A DNA stretch of 63,797 nucleotides, counting the filler, from Octopus bimaculoides (lineage: Eukaryota), in the NCBI RefSeq assembly GCF_001194135.2. It is 4 parts of 4 records of this genome, joined end to end, with 100 filler letters (N's around TTAATTAATTAA, not from the genome) between each part and the next. Parts side by side here need not be neighbours in the genome. Positions count along the whole stretch, not along the records: positions 1 to 28,590 come from NC_068982.1; 3 more parts are not named here. One strand, 5' to 3'. The notes below the pieces were generated by a model, which was not told where the DNA came from, did no database searches, and saw only the letters and a list, made by a program, of their open reading frames with translations. Of this stretch, positions 11,210-25,634 are shown in pieces (position 1 is the first letter of the stretch; every line of letters starts with the position of its first letter). A program made the translations under genes and the position numbers.

Positions 11210-14200
11210 TATATATATATATACATATGTATGTGTGTGTGTGTGTGTGTGTATAGACAGACTGAGGAAGGAGAGAGAGAGTTCATTGTCGGATTTGTTG
11301 TTTCGTCGGTTAGTCGAGATTCATGCGCTGTAGTAAACATCTCGAAACATCCATCTTCTGGGTGATAAAGATGACGGCGAGTGGTCAGTAGACTTCCCAG
11401 GCTCAATAAAACAGGAAGAGTGGCTTCAGGCCGTATTCTGTATTCCATTCCAGTTCATCAATGTAATTGATTTTGATGAAACTTTAAGTGCCACTTGAAA
11501 GTAAAATAGAAGAAGCACACTTGTCCAAGACTGAAAAATATTACAGACTGGCCATAAGCCCGAGGGAAGCTAACTTCCGGATCAAGGGTCTCACCAGACG
11601 TTTGGTGGACAAATCTGCTTACGACCTAATGGAACAACTCTCAGTTTCTGGAAAGAACAGGAGAAAGCGGAGAGGTGTTCTGCTGGATTTCGTCAAGGAG
11701 GAACAAAGACGACCGCCATTCTGTTTGATGACAATATTTGTTTGCATGCTAACGCTAAGGGAAGTAACTCTTAGTGAGTCATTGTGTTAGTGTTGATGTT
11801 TCACCGTTACCATGACAACGAACATTTCTTCTGTAAGTCGCATTATGTTGCATAAGATAGGAGAGCGTAAAAGATGTTTATGAAAACAATTTGAAACAAA
11901 AGGTCAGCTTGCACGGTGAACTTGGTATTATTCGCGCATCTCACGTTTACTAGAAATTGTGCTTTACAAGATGGCCGTCTCAATAACTTCATATTTCGAA
12001 ATAAAGTTTAATCTATTTGTTTATTGACCATTTCTGGAACCAAAAGCAAATTGTGCCATAATCGATATGAAAGCAGAGCAACTATTAAAAATAAAGGTAT
12101 CTCCTTGCCTGACCTCATTCATCAGCAAAGACAAAAAAAGAGAAGGAAGAAAAGAGTGGAGAAAAAGATAGACGGACGCAGAAGTCATGGGTGAAGTTTG
12201 TATTATGTCTCTCATTATAAAGAGCAGGGGGCATTGCAGTGTAGAGGAAGTAATGTTCGGCATCGGCAGTTGATTATTTCTAATAAGAATCTATTACGAA
12301 CAGCCAGCTTATTAGTTTTACAATATATTTATTTCATTTTAATTAAAATAGAAACATTACACGACACAAGAGGGTAGAGTGAAATAAACTTGTTCTCATC
12401 TGGAATTCACCCAACTTGAAAGACAAAATATTGCTTGATGGCTTTGTTTATTGAGGTTTGTTTTGGCATTAGAGAGAAATAACATATTACATACCACACT
12501 GGAATAACGACATGACTATATGTAAACCGTTGAATCATATACATATATACATACATTATATATATATATATATATNNNNNNNNNNCCACACTGGAATAAC
12601 GACATGACTATATGTAAACCGTTGAATCATATACATATATACACACAGACACACAAGTATAAATATGCTGATATATATATGTTACCTAATTATCTCTCTA
12701 TATATATAATGTCTATGCATTAATGCGCATATCAAATCAATGTTATTATATATTGACTGGCTATACATATGCTTCCATACACCCGCAAGTATAATGTGAG
12801 TGCCTTTCCCCCCCTGCTTGTTTGAGTCAGAGGCTGTGGTCATGCTGGAGTATCACTGTTGGCATACTTGTTAGCTTACTTTGTTTCACATATAATCGTT
12901 ATAGATTTCGGAGGTTCTTTTTCAGGAACGCATTGAATACTGAACTGTGAGCTTTTGAACCCTAAAGGTTTATAGTATTGGGTCCTTAGTCTCAATGGGA
13001 AGGTTGGGGCATTTGGTACATTTATTACTGCACAGAGATGTTCAGTTCGGAGGTTGATATACGTTTCAACGCAAAAAGATACAAGGCCTCTTCATTGGAA
13101 TTTCGACAGCAGCAACAGGGTACTTTTGTATGTATGTATGTGTGTTTGTATACGTGCAGATTTGTATGTTTTGTTTTTTCTATGTATGTTCATGCATAGA
13201 GTTACATATCTAGACATGCTCATATATACTTAAATGATAAACTTCTGGAAAGTTTTACAGATGTTTACAGTTCCAGTGATGGCTTGCGTCTGTAGTTTTC
13301 AAAATAAGCCTCTCAAAACTAGAAGGGAGAAAACTAATTTCTCAAGATCGGTATTTAGGCAGTGTGTTACATAACTCAGTGCCCCAATAATTGCACAAAT
13401 CCAATCCCACTCTCTGAACATAAACTTGAAAAGAAGAACTAGTCCACACAATCGAATATTGTCTCCTAGGGAGATGTTATGACAACAAGAGAGGGGCTCC
13501 CCACTCCCATTGGGCGAACCGCGCGCCTGGACACCAACCCAGGTATTTGCATGTCCCCACCCATACATACATGCAAACATACACATGTACACATTGTTGG
13601 ATGGTCATTGACTGCTCATGAGCTCTTCCACCCTTTGACAGGTCTTATTTTACGTCCTGGAGGGTGTTCAACAATCACCCTCCGCACCAAACACACACAC
13701 ACACATTCAGACATACGTACACACACACACACACACAGACATAAACATGTATAGATGTAAGTTGTAGGGTATCGATGATATTTTGGCTGTAGACTTGCAT
13801 GCGTCGACACAGACGAAAAGGTATTTCTGTCAAAGCCTGGTAGTTGCTTATACATGGAAGCTTCTTCTCTCCATGACACCGATGTAATATGGAAAAGTCA
13901 CAGTATTAAGGCTGGGACAGTTCGGTACCAGTGTCGTTACAGGTTCGATTCCAGTAAGCATTGTCCTGGCAAAGATAGCTTTTAGTGCATCGTGCTTAGT
14001 ATTCTAACGATTCTGTCAATCCATTGCACTGGATTCCTGCTTATTTATTAACCCCAAAAGAATGTAAAACAAATTTGACTTCAGCCGGTTTTGAACTCAA
14101 ACTGAAGGAATAAATAGAGCAAGTCGTTCGTCAAGCATAACCAACTCTACTAATATGTCACGCACGCACGCGCGCACGCACACACACACACACACGCACA

Positions 14201-14920
14201 CTCACGCGCGCGCACACACACACACAGAGTTTTATTCATTTGATAAGTTTTCTGAAACAAGATATTTTGTGTGTGTAAAACGCAGTCGAATTATTTCAGA
14301 ATAGTTATGTAAATTCCAATGCTTAGAATTAATTAGTTTCTCCCTCCATGTGACATCAAAGTCTTAGAGATAGTTTAATTGAAGACGTCACACCCGAAAA
14401 AACAAAAAAACAAAACAAGCTGACTGATAATTGTCATATTTTGGCCGCTACGAATAGTATTCCTTCTAAACTTTGGAATTTGCAAAACTTTTTTCTGAAA
14501 TAATTCAACTACATTTCATGGATTCAAGTAATTTTATTGCAGAGCTTATCAAATGAATTCACTAAAGTGGAATTTCATGGCCGAAACATTAAATCTGTAA
14601 ACAAAAACTACAAAATCCTCTTTATATTTCCTATCTTTTTGATTTTCGATTCAAGAACACATACATACATACACATACATATACACACACATACATACAT
14701 ACGTATATATATATATATATATATATATNNNNNNNNNNNNNNNNNNNNNNNNNNNNNNNNNNNNNNNNNNNNNNNNNNNNNNNNNNNNNNNNNNNNNNNN
14801 NNNNNNNNNNNNNNNNNNNNNNNNNNNNNNNNNNNNNNNNNNNNNNNNNNNNNNNNNNNNNNNNNNNNNNNNNNNNNNNNNNNNNNNNNNNNNNNNNNNN
14901 NNNNNNNNNNNNNNNNNNNN

Positions 14921-14966
<46 letters not shown>

Positions 14967-15804
14967 CACAGACATGTAATATACATATGTATTCTTTTAT
15001 TCTTTTACTTGTTTCGGTCATTAGACTGCGGTCATGCTGGGGCACTTCCTCGAAAGACTTTCAGTCGAACAAATCGACACTAATACTTACTTTTTAAAGC
15101 CTGTTACTTATTTTATCTCTCTCTTTTGCCGAACCACTGAGTTACGAAGACGTAACCAACCAATAGCGGTTGTCAAGCAGTGGTGGAGGACAAAACAGAC
15201 ACACACTACTAATAAACAATGGACTGACACAGTGAGTAGTGTCAGCCAGCGACACTACTTTTGTTGGTTTTAAATCAGTTTTGATTCCGGTTGACGTAAA
15301 TTCACCACACACCTATAGATACGCACATACATATAGATCCAAAATAATAAAGAACATCTCAAATAATCTCTCCCAGAACATCCTCTTCTGAAAACACAGG
15401 AAAACAAATTCAACTCCAGATTTTTCAGTTATCAACTCACACATTGATAAAAAAGTATGAATCTTCTATAAAAAAACTTATTCATAATGAACCCCTAAAA
15501 GGAAATAAAGGGCTAAATAAATAGTTCTGACTATCTCCTTTTTGTTTTAATACATAAAATATGTACCACACCTCAGATTATCTATACATAACGCGGAGTA
15601 GATAAAACAGGGGACAACTAATGAAGGGAATGTTCTTTATGTTGCACGTCTCGTTTCTCTGTTTTTTGTTGTTCGAAAAACAAAGTTCGTTTTCTATGCT
15701 TTTGTTTTTTATGTTCTCGTTTCTCATTTTGTCTACGTTTTTTTGATGTCCTATACCCATATATGCATGTATATATACATATGTAGGTATGTACATATAT
15801 GTAT

Positions 15805-16195
15805 ACTCTTTACTCTTTTACTTGTTTCAGTCATTTGAATGTGGCCATGCTGGAGCATCGCCTTTAGTCGAGCAAATCGATCTCCGGGACTTATTCTTTG
15901 GAAGCCTAGTACTTATTCTATCGGTCCTTTTTGCTAAACCGCTAAGTTACGAGGACGTAAACACACCAGCATCGGTTGTCAAGCGATGTTGGGAGACAAA
16001 CACAGACACACAAACATATACACACATACATATATATATACATATACATATATATATATATATATACATATATAGACGGGCTTCTATCAGTTTCCGCCTA
16101 CCAAATCCACTCACAAGTCTTTGGTCAGCTCGAGGCTATAGTAGAAGACACTTGCCCAAGGTTCCACGCAGTGGGAATGAACTTACCACACAGCC
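15805..16195 (-). mobile_element. SINE family B copy
   Basis: Near-complete reverse copy. Confidence 0.85.
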
Positions 16196-16799
16196 ACTCC
16201 TACGTATATATTTATATATTATATATATATATATGTTTTGTAAGAAAGAGTACAGTGCAAGTCTCTGCGTAAAAAAATTTAGTAGGAGTTGATGGCTGTT
16301 GGAATTTAAATTCTAATCATTGTTTAGAAAGATAATAAATAATAAAATTTAATTTGTAGCAATTAGTTGGAAACGGATCTTAGTTATATAACTATTAATA
16401 AACTATAAAATTATATAGTAAATAAGTTGTACTTGATTGCCATTTCTGAATATAATCTTAGTAGCAATTTCTTCAACGTAATTTATACTTTCAATGAGTC
16501 TAATCAGGAAGCTAGTAAAAGGATATGCTTCACTAGATCATGCATCATAAGCTTTAATTAAAATGAACTGAAATCGAGGAGTTACCCATTATTCTCTAAA
16601 TTTACAGTTGCAAATTTAGCAATAAACCGTTTGCATTGTGATTCTTATCTCTCTCATTCTATCTATCTTTATATATACACACTCACATAAAAAACACCAC
16701 CACCACCACCACCACCACCAACGCCGCCATCAACTGACAAATGCCGAAAGAGAAACACGCTCCACCATAACCAGTACTAAACATTAGAACAGAACTAAA

Positions 16800-17570
16800 T
16801 TTTAGAACAATACATTAGTAGACAGAGTGGAAGAGAGGCACAGCAACTCGACAAGAAGTCCGCAAGCGGCCTGCGTAAGCACGTGTGCTTCCCTACGGAC
16901 GAGTCCGGCTGAAGGTCGACAGACAGCCTGCCGAACTACATCCGAACGATTCTACCCCACATCACCAATATGAGGGAAACAACGATACGGGAGTATGAGG
17001 AAAGAGAGGGAAGATCCTCAATGCTCATATGATGTGTTCTAACATCCTAGGGGCGAAAAAGCGCACAATCAACAACTTTCAGGCCACTAATAACGACCTC
17101 CCAGCATTGTACGAGCTGCGCAAGGACCATAAGACGACCATTGACCCAGTGACAGGACCACCAACGAGACCGGTCTGCGGAGCCAATGTTGCCAACAACT
17201 ACCGGATCTCCTGCTGCCTCTCTACGATCATACACCCTCTGATCAAAATGTCCTCGGACGTGTATGACACCACAGAAGACCTCCTCAGAAGAATCAATGA
17301 ATGCGACCAAGCCTACGACCTGACGGGATGCATAATAGGCAGTATGGACGTGGTGTTCCAATACTCATCCATTGATGTTGGTTTTGCTGTGGAGAAATGT
17401 GTGGAGGGGATCAGCGAGAGCGACTTGCAGTTTCGTGGAGTTGACACAGAACAACTGGGCTTCCTCCCGAGACTGACATGCGATAATGATTGCTTAGTTA
17501 AACATGGTCTTAGTTGTTTATGCCCCACTAGACTTGAAAGAAGTAGACCCCGCCTACTATAACTTCTGTG
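16800..17570 (+). mobile_element. Penelope-like RT fragment
   Basis: ORF 17029-17562 contains LPALYELRKDHK, PPTRPVCG, YRISCCLSTIIHP and GSMDVVFQYSSID, matching PLE RT motifs. Confidence 0.82.
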
Positions 17571-17787
17571 GCCAAGAAGACCCCTAGAGAGAGATGGAAT
17601 GAGTGGACCAGAGCTATACTGACCCCAGAAAACGATGATCAGGTTAAAAAGATAGTTGCACATGCGGTGGGTACGAGTACCAAGACTACACTTAAGGTCA
17701 CATATTTAAGCTTGATAACAAAATATACGTCCCCGTGTTGAATCTGAGGCCGTGTAGGAAGATGAATGGAGGCATAACGTCGCCATC

Positions 17788-17824
<37 letters not shown>

Positions 17825-17827
<3 letters not shown>

Positions 17828-18225
17828 CAACCATGTCCCCCAGATGACTTTCGAATCTGCAACTCTTCTGGACGGTCTCCTTGTTTAAGTTGGGGAATGT
17901 TGCCATAATCCTTGCCTTCAGTTCATCTTTGGTGTTACAAGGAGTTTTGTTGGTCTCTCGCTCAACTGTGCCCCACACACAATAATCAAGGGGGTTGTAG
18001 TCTGGGAAGTTAGGTGGCCAGATGTTAGGGGTGATGTGGTCGCAGAAATTGACAGCCATAACTGCGTTCGCCTGCTTGTGTGGCATGGTGCAGAGTCCTG
18101 TTGCCAGACATAGGGTTTTCCAGCAGTCACCCTCTTGATACCACCCCCAGGCACATGATGTAGACCTCCGTGTTGAATCTGAGGCTGTGTGGGAAGACGA
18201 ATGGAGGCATAACATCGCCATCACT
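17825..18225 (-). mobile_element. Tc1/mariner transposase fragment
   Basis: Frameshifted minus-strand translation DGDVMPPFVFPH..., VWQQDSAPCHTSRRTQ and WPPNFPDYNPLDYCVWGTVERETNKTPCNTKDELKARI. Confidence 0.88.
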
Positions 18226-18667
18226 AGTGATCACTCCAAATACTGGATGTTTGTTTTTATCACTCTCGGTACATGTACTCAGCAGCATAGTTTACACTGG
18301 CAATCGTCGCATCTACAAATTATGCTACCGGGAGTCGTATGAATGCGGTTGCGGTACTCCTGAAACAGCTGTCGAGATAAGCATTTACATAATTCCGTTT
18401 GTTTTCTTTATCTTGTAATCTATATTTGTATTGAATGCAAGTACACACTTTAAAACTCTTTATGTTTATCTAACTTTCTACCTCCATGGCAGCTCAATAA
18501 GGATTATTCTTATGACTAACATCTGATGTCGATACGCTGACCATAGCTGAAGAGGTTGGTGTTTGTATTCTTATCCATTTGGGCACCACTCTGTGTTAGC
18601 TATACCACGTTTACTTTGCATTCACCTGCTCATTGTATATGTATGTGTGTGCGTGTGTGTGTGTGTG

Positions 18668-18668
<1 letters not shown>

Positions 18669-18753
<85 letters not shown>
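18669..18753. repeat. (GA)n microsatellite following a (TG)n tract
   Basis: Directly visible. Confidence 0.95.
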
Positions 18754-18757
<4 letters not shown>

Positions 18758-21070
18758 AAAATTAAGAATCTTAAAGAACTTTTAACAAATATTATTATTA
18801 ATTAACTTGTATTCTTAAAAACGAAATATTCCAAACATTGAAATAAACACAACCTTAATTTCACGAAGAGCAATTTGATTTCATTTTACTAATGAGCTTT
18901 TTTGTACACAGCGGCAATGTAATGGAACCGTTATAATTTGTCTTTATTTTTCATTGAGATGAATTCTCGTATTGCATTTCACAAGGATCAGTTTCGTAAC
19001 CATAGAAGCAAAACCTTTCGTTTCCTTCTTTCGATTTTTTATTGATTGTTTTGGTATTCTTCAGCATAATGTTTCCGTTATTAATAAAGTTCCTGAAAGT
19101 CAATATTAATTATTAACATTCATTAACCAAATAATGGGTATCTGAATGAAGCAATGACATTTTAGGCAAGCAAAAATTCGATAGAAACTCTGGAGTCAGT
19201 ATTCGTACCTACTTAGAGAAAATGGCCGTAAAATTATGCGTAATTGTCTTAGTTAATTAAATATCAGCGCAACAATCTTGATTGTGGGCGTTAGTATCAC
19301 ATATCAAGGCTGTGTTGTATCGTTGACAAAGACATTCAACAGTCACTACTACATCTCTACATCATTTACTCGTTACACTTTTAGTGTCGTTGACGAATTT
19401 CCAAAGAAATACTTTTGGGAATTCCTGTATCAGTCATAACGTTGATCCCGTTTCAAAAAGAGATGCATCCAGGACCTTAAGTAACCTTTGTTTATTACTT
19501 AGCAAATGACCTAAAATTTCAAACAGAATATTACCTCTACAAATGTTACCTAGCCGCATCTATCCTGACAAATTATGGACACTGATGATATTTATACATA
19601 TTACAATATGGCATCCATTAAAAAGTAAGAGAGTCGTGACATAATTCATTTAGCGCGGGAAACAAGACGAATGATTTAAGAGTTCCAAGTTTTGAATAAG
19701 AAAAAGACCATAAAAAAGTTGATTGTATTAGTGAATCATTTAGATATTAGCATTGGTGAACTGCTTCGATTTACGCCTGACGAGTCATAGCATCAGAACT
19801 TCTATCACATCATCAATCTTAAGCACTCAACACTTCTTGTTTCCAATTACGCACTCGAAGAGTTTGATCAAATGCAAAGTGTCAAAAGTCTTAAACCAAA
19901 TATTCTTCATATAGTTGGGGGGGGGGGGAACTATGCCAGAATGTGGAATACCAAAAGGTTTGATACACAAGAAAAATCCCATTTAATACTGAGTTAACGA
20001 AATTAATAAAATATCATTGCGATATATTAATGCCGGTGAAGGGTGGTTTCGAATTTACCTTGCTCGAAGCAATTTACCAGAATTGCGAACCATTACAAAC
20101 TGACTGCTAATTTATATGAAAAAGAAAAAAAAAACACATTTTGTATAAGAATATGTATTTAGCCTTGCTCGAAAAAAAATTTAGAGTTGGAAAACCTAGA
20201 GTAGAGATTACTGTAAAGCAAATGAAGAATTCCTATTTAATCTAATATCACATTTATCTTTGGTTTAATCCAAAATCACACATACTATTTAGGTTAGTTA
20301 TATCACAGTTTAATCCAAATCATAATGCTGTTTAGAATATATTCATTTATATAATAAAATTCAGTCATTTCATTCATATCCTGACTACTTTTGCTTGCAA
20401 CGAAAGAATTCTTCTAAATAAGAGCACAGTTCTATGAAGCAGAACTACTGTTTGTCTGTTATGGCACCCACCCAGTCGGTGATTTGAACTTGGCTCTAAA
20501 AAAAAGTAATCCCCAACGTCGTTTTTGCATATAACTTTGGAGTAAAATCTATTTTAATATTTTGAAGTGGACTAATTAAGAATGAAACGAAAATCTTCGA
20601 TGAACCTGACAAAACACATAATAATGTAATTTGCACTTGGGAATTTTCCTGATTCCGAGCACCAAAATTTTTTCAAGATCTTGCTATTATCGATATATGG
20701 CGTTGAACTACATAAATCACAGTAAGTCAAACGAATAAATGTTACATGCTTCAGATTTATCGTCTAATTATTCAAATAATTTTCGAATTTCTGCAAAGTT
20801 TAGTCATTTTAGAAAGAAAAAGAACCAAATTTTATTAACTTACTGATGATGAAGTAATTATGGTGCTTATATTTTCTATTTGAAAATATTTCGAATTAAA
20901 CCAATAAGCTTTGATCAGCATGTGTATGTATGTATGTATGTATGTATGTAGTATGCATGCATGTCATTATTCAGTTTTGCTTAAGATTTCTTGCTAATAG
21001 AGAAAGAGCCGATGGGGCTTATGCAGTTTCGCACCTCTCTTTGAAAAATGCATCTTTTGGAAAAGTTTTC

Positions 21071-21164
21071 TTTTTAGATTCCTACGTTTTAGATGCCGGA
21101 AATTAGGAATTTATTTTTGCATATTCGTAATCACCGACATCTAAAACGTAGGAATCCGAAAAAA
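21071..21164. repeat. Inverted repeat of about 29 bp (MITE-like core)
   Basis: tttttagattcctacgttttagatgccgg versus ccgacatctaaaacgtaggaatccgaaaaaa. It is adjacent to a repeat family also seen at about 13130-13290 and 60620-60840. Confidence 0.7.
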
Positions 21165-23158
21165 TTTAAAGAAAAAAAGCATTTTCAAGGGGAGGTGCAA
21201 ACTGCATTAGTCCCGTATGTATTTTTGTATGTATATTTGCAGATTTGTATATTTTGTTTGATGTATGTTTTCTCATGCATATAGTTGCATATCTAGATAT
21301 GCTCATATATATTTAGATGATAAACTTCTGGAAAGTTTTACAGATTTTTACATTGGGGACCAAAGGGGGGGGGGGGTATTTGACAGGAGGTTTGCATGCA
21401 TTCAAAGCCGGAATGTCTTTGGTCAGATATTTGCTCGGCCAGAGTTCATATGATAATATGAACAGAAGAGAACGTGTTTTTCACCCTGTTGAGAAGCATT
21501 GATCTTATAGATTTTGTGGGAAGCGTAGAAATATGCGTAATTTGGAAATGATTATTCTTTTCAAATTGAAATACGTAAACAATCTCTCACAACTTGGAAG
21601 TATGTTTAGCTTTGAAGAAAAACTGCAAACAATTCAATGGAAAGTTATTTTATACGTTACAATCTTTGCATGAAGTTCTTAAACGCATCTCTCCCTCTCT
21701 CCATCCTCTCTCTAAAAGTTGTTTGCGATACATAAACGCACTCATGCATATATGAAATTGATATTACATATAATGACTCATAGATAGTGACTTGGAAACA
21801 TTCAAATGTATTAAATTAAAAATAACCACTTTAGCTATTTATTATTTTAGTATTTAGACGCTCTTTATTAATTAACTGAAGACCTGTTGCGGTAACAGGT
21901 TTTATTTCAGTTTCATTTTTGTTTTACACATATTTTATGCTTTAGTAGCACTAACATAAACTAGGTAAAGTTTGAGTAAAACTATTGGAGGAAAGAAAAT
22001 AATAAACTATTTCTTCCCAAGAATACGTTCATCGTTTTCTCTTCAACAATCAGCTCACAAATTAGTAACATCTCACATATAGTACGTCTTATATAACATT
22101 AACTACTTTTAAACACTGTAATAGACTCTAAGAGAAAAGAAGATTTCTAATTAATTTAAAATATTAAATTACGTGGAACATTTATAAAGATATATGAGGA
22201 GACATTTTAGCATGCTATTTCTTAAGACTTTTTTTTCTATATTTCCCAAAATGGTTTTGAAGAAATATTCTTTACTGCACATCTCCTAACAGATTTTATT
22301 AATGAATTATTGCTTTCTGACCAAAATAACAGATACATTGTAAGTTCATAATATTCTATGAGTATTACGTCAATGATCTTGCCTAAAATGTACTCTTATA
22401 TTCAGTGAAAAGTATCAGGTCTCTATCATGTTTGATGTGTTAAATAAATACTTATCTTTTATCATTTTTTATTTTATTAAGAAAAAATAGATAATACAAA
22501 ATTTAATACGAAGAAAGAAGTATAAAGAAACGAATACGATTAGGTTTCGTCTAATTCAATTGATGAGAGATGTGAATGATATTTAGATGAAAGCATAATA
22601 TTTATAAACAGATACCAATTGTGTGCAAACATTTATGGCAGTAAGATTGAATTCCTTGATACTTTTCCGGGTTTAAATAATTTTTATTAAACATATTTTT
22701 CTTTGAGTCAGAAAAAATTTTTAAACTTCCTTGCAGTTTGACTATATCCTGCCGTATTTGAATTATCATTTTACGAACATAAGAGGAGGAGAGCAAAATC
22801 TGACATACTCTCTGCTACATTCATATTAATTCATGTTGTTTTGGGCAAAGAGTAATCTCATATATGCTCAAATAGTCCGTCCCCCAAAACACCTACAAAT
22901 GTCCATCGATCCACCATCCTCCCCATTACTCATCCAAAATTCATTCATAATAAATACAGTAACGATTCCTCGATCAATCAAAAGTCCATCCATCCAAACG
23001 TCCCTCCATCAATCCACGAACCAACCATTCCTTTCTCCATCGTCTGTCCATCCCTCATATCTCTCTATCAACCACCATTCATCGATGCGATAGCCAACTA
23101 TACATTATCGATCAGCAATCTAACCACCCTTCCATATAGCAGTCCACCATCAACTCCA

Positions 23159-23399
23159 CCCATCCATTCTACATCTATCATTCATCGTCCGCCCATCCAT
23201 TCTACATCTATCATTCATCGTCCGCCCATCCATTCTACATCTATCATTCATCGTCCGCCCATCCATTCTACATCTATCATTCATCGTCCGCCCATCCATT
23301 CTACATCTATCATTCATCGTCCGCCCATCCATTCTACATCTATCATTCATCGTCCACCCATCCATTCTACATCTATCATTCATCGTCCGCCCATTCATT
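23159..23399. repeat. 33-bp minisatellite, about 7 copies
   Basis: Unit ccatccattctacatctatcattcatcgtccgc. It produces the spurious MDGRTMNDRCR repeat ORF. Confidence 0.95.
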
Positions 23400-25593
23400 A
23401 TCCAACCAACACCCATACCCTTCCATTCATCAATCATTCATTAGCTACTCACCATCCAACATCTATTTCTCCATTAACCATTCATTATTCACCATATATT
23501 TATCATCAAAATCTGTCCATGCATTATCCAAGAATCAATCCATCACCCATCATCTATTCAGTTAATTATCCATTATCACCCCACCATCCTTATGGTCATA
23601 TACCAGACTCCATCAATACACCCATCATTTGATTTATGCATCATCAATCTATCCGTTAAACCATTATCTTTCATCTGTTCATCCATCATAAATCATCTAA
23701 CTGGGCCATTATCATCTATCCATTCATCAATAGGAGGCTAAGTGGCAGTATTGATTGACGAAAGGCTTCTTCGTTTCGAGCTTTGGTCGATCTTCCTGGA
23801 CTTAAGCAGTAAGTTAGTGGTCCTAGATGTGAACTGTGACGAAGGCGTAGGCCATAGACTAGTAGGTATCTACACCTGATAGCAGGGCAGCCATATTTCT
23901 TCGGGCCTCAGGAGGTTTTCGTTGGAATGTCTGACAGATAGCGACTGGGTTTCTCAAATGGACAAACCGACACAAAACTAAAGAACTAGTTAAACGGGAG
24001 TTGATGGGATCGATCATCAACAAGCGATGGCAGTTAGCCATGAAAAGGGAAATTAGGCTAGAATCTATAATGGTTAGTAAAGAAAAACTAGTCAAGAATT
24101 CTAAACTAAAAGGAGAGATAGCTTGGAACATAGAAGAAGCGCAAGGGAAGGACATTACGAATGACATGTCACTGTAATATTGATCTTTGAACAAATCTTC
24201 AACGCAACCCACTGATTGATAGGCCCGGGTGGAAACGTAGCAACAAATCACAGTTTGGTTTTGATGGACCGGGACGGCATGTGCTACTTGATTCCAAGTA
24301 GATGTCTGAAGCTTTTCAGTGATCTTCGCTTAAATGTTTGGGGCGAGGGGGAAGCTGGAGACAGATGTGGACCTTACAGCCTTCCTCGACCACCTGCTGA
24401 TAACAGTAGACGGATATTGTTTCTATTGTTTACACGTGTGTTATATAAATTCCCACTGTCCAGTGTCCTTGCATTGTGGTAAATGTCGTTTTACGGCCGT
24501 TGTGGGCAGTATAAAAAGTAATATTAATTAAAATAACTTTGCGCTTGATTTGCATTATAACATTTAGTGTCATCTTTATTCGTCCAAATCTCTCCAACCT
24601 TCCATTTCTTCTTAATCTATAAAATAGTAATACATTTTTAATGGCGTACAACAAATTGAATATACTCTTCTGTCGATGAAAGCAATCAATGTTACATAAA
24701 ATAGCAACTATTCGCCTGTATGAAATTACGCATACCTACGAATATCGGAAACTATAACAACGCATAACTGAACTCATGAAGATACACTGGATACACGGGG
24801 CAGACGATACCTCGTTACCAAAAAGCTTGAAAGCGTTCCTGAAATGACATCGCTGTTTCTTTGAAATATATTCCAATGGAAATATAAGCCATATTAAATT
24901 AATAGTTAGAGATAAAGTTTATTACGAACAGTCTCTCAAGAAGAAAATATTGATAAATTTGAGGAATGTATCTAATAACGGTTTGGTATATATCAATGAA
25001 ATGCTACTCCAACTGATTTACCAAATTAATAAGTATTTGATTTCTAATTTGGCAATCAAATATGTTTAATTTTATACAGTTTATATAAAATAATGATACA
25101 AGAAATATATCTTAGAATTTTTATGTAGTTTTTACAAGAAGTCTTCAGATGCTTGCCTAATGGCAACATTCAATCATATCAGTGTAGCGAACTAACTTAA
25201 ACATCTAGTTAGTGCTGTATTCAATCATCTGTAATTCTTTCTGTTTTCTCACACAGTCTGGCAAAAAGTATCTTGTCTACTGCAAGTGTAGCAGAAACCG
25301 TGCTTGTGTATAATCCATTATACACAATTTCTTTTGTATCCTACAGTGTTGCTTAATTTTTTAAAAACTTATTTGCTGCTTCTTCATATTATATTAATTT
25401 ATATTTATATATTAAGGCGGTGAACTGGCAGAGTTTTAGCTCGTTGGGAAAAATCCGTTGCGGCTTTTCATCCGACTCCTTATGTTGAGTTGAAATTCGG
25501 CCGAGGTCAAGTTTGCCTTTCAAATTATCGGGGTCGATAAAATAACAAGTTGAGTATTAAGAGGGAATTTTGTAGATGGCAACTGAAACCCGT

Positions 25594-25634
<41 letters not shown>

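Noticed and set aside
11295-11370. Hammerhead-like motif (ccagaagatgg...gacgaaac, minus strand)
   Set aside because: The core is too degenerate and stems I and III cannot be formed from this copy.
12495-12642. Direct duplication of about 55 bp
   Set aside because: Identical sequence flanking a 10-N gap, an assembly overlap.
18290-18361. Cys-rich minus-strand peptide CRCDDCQCKLCC* (metallothionein-like)
   Set aside because: No start or partner exon and the spacing does not match mollusc metallothioneins; likely chance.
23740-24460. ORFs at 23859-24531 as a host gene
   Set aside because: No recognisable domain, stops in the likely coding strand and no splice support; probably an old TE remnant that I cannot classify.
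24735-24838. Minus-strand segment with good splice sites and NAFKL/HEF words as an MMP catalytic exon
   Set aside because: All three frames contain stops and there is no HExGH motif.
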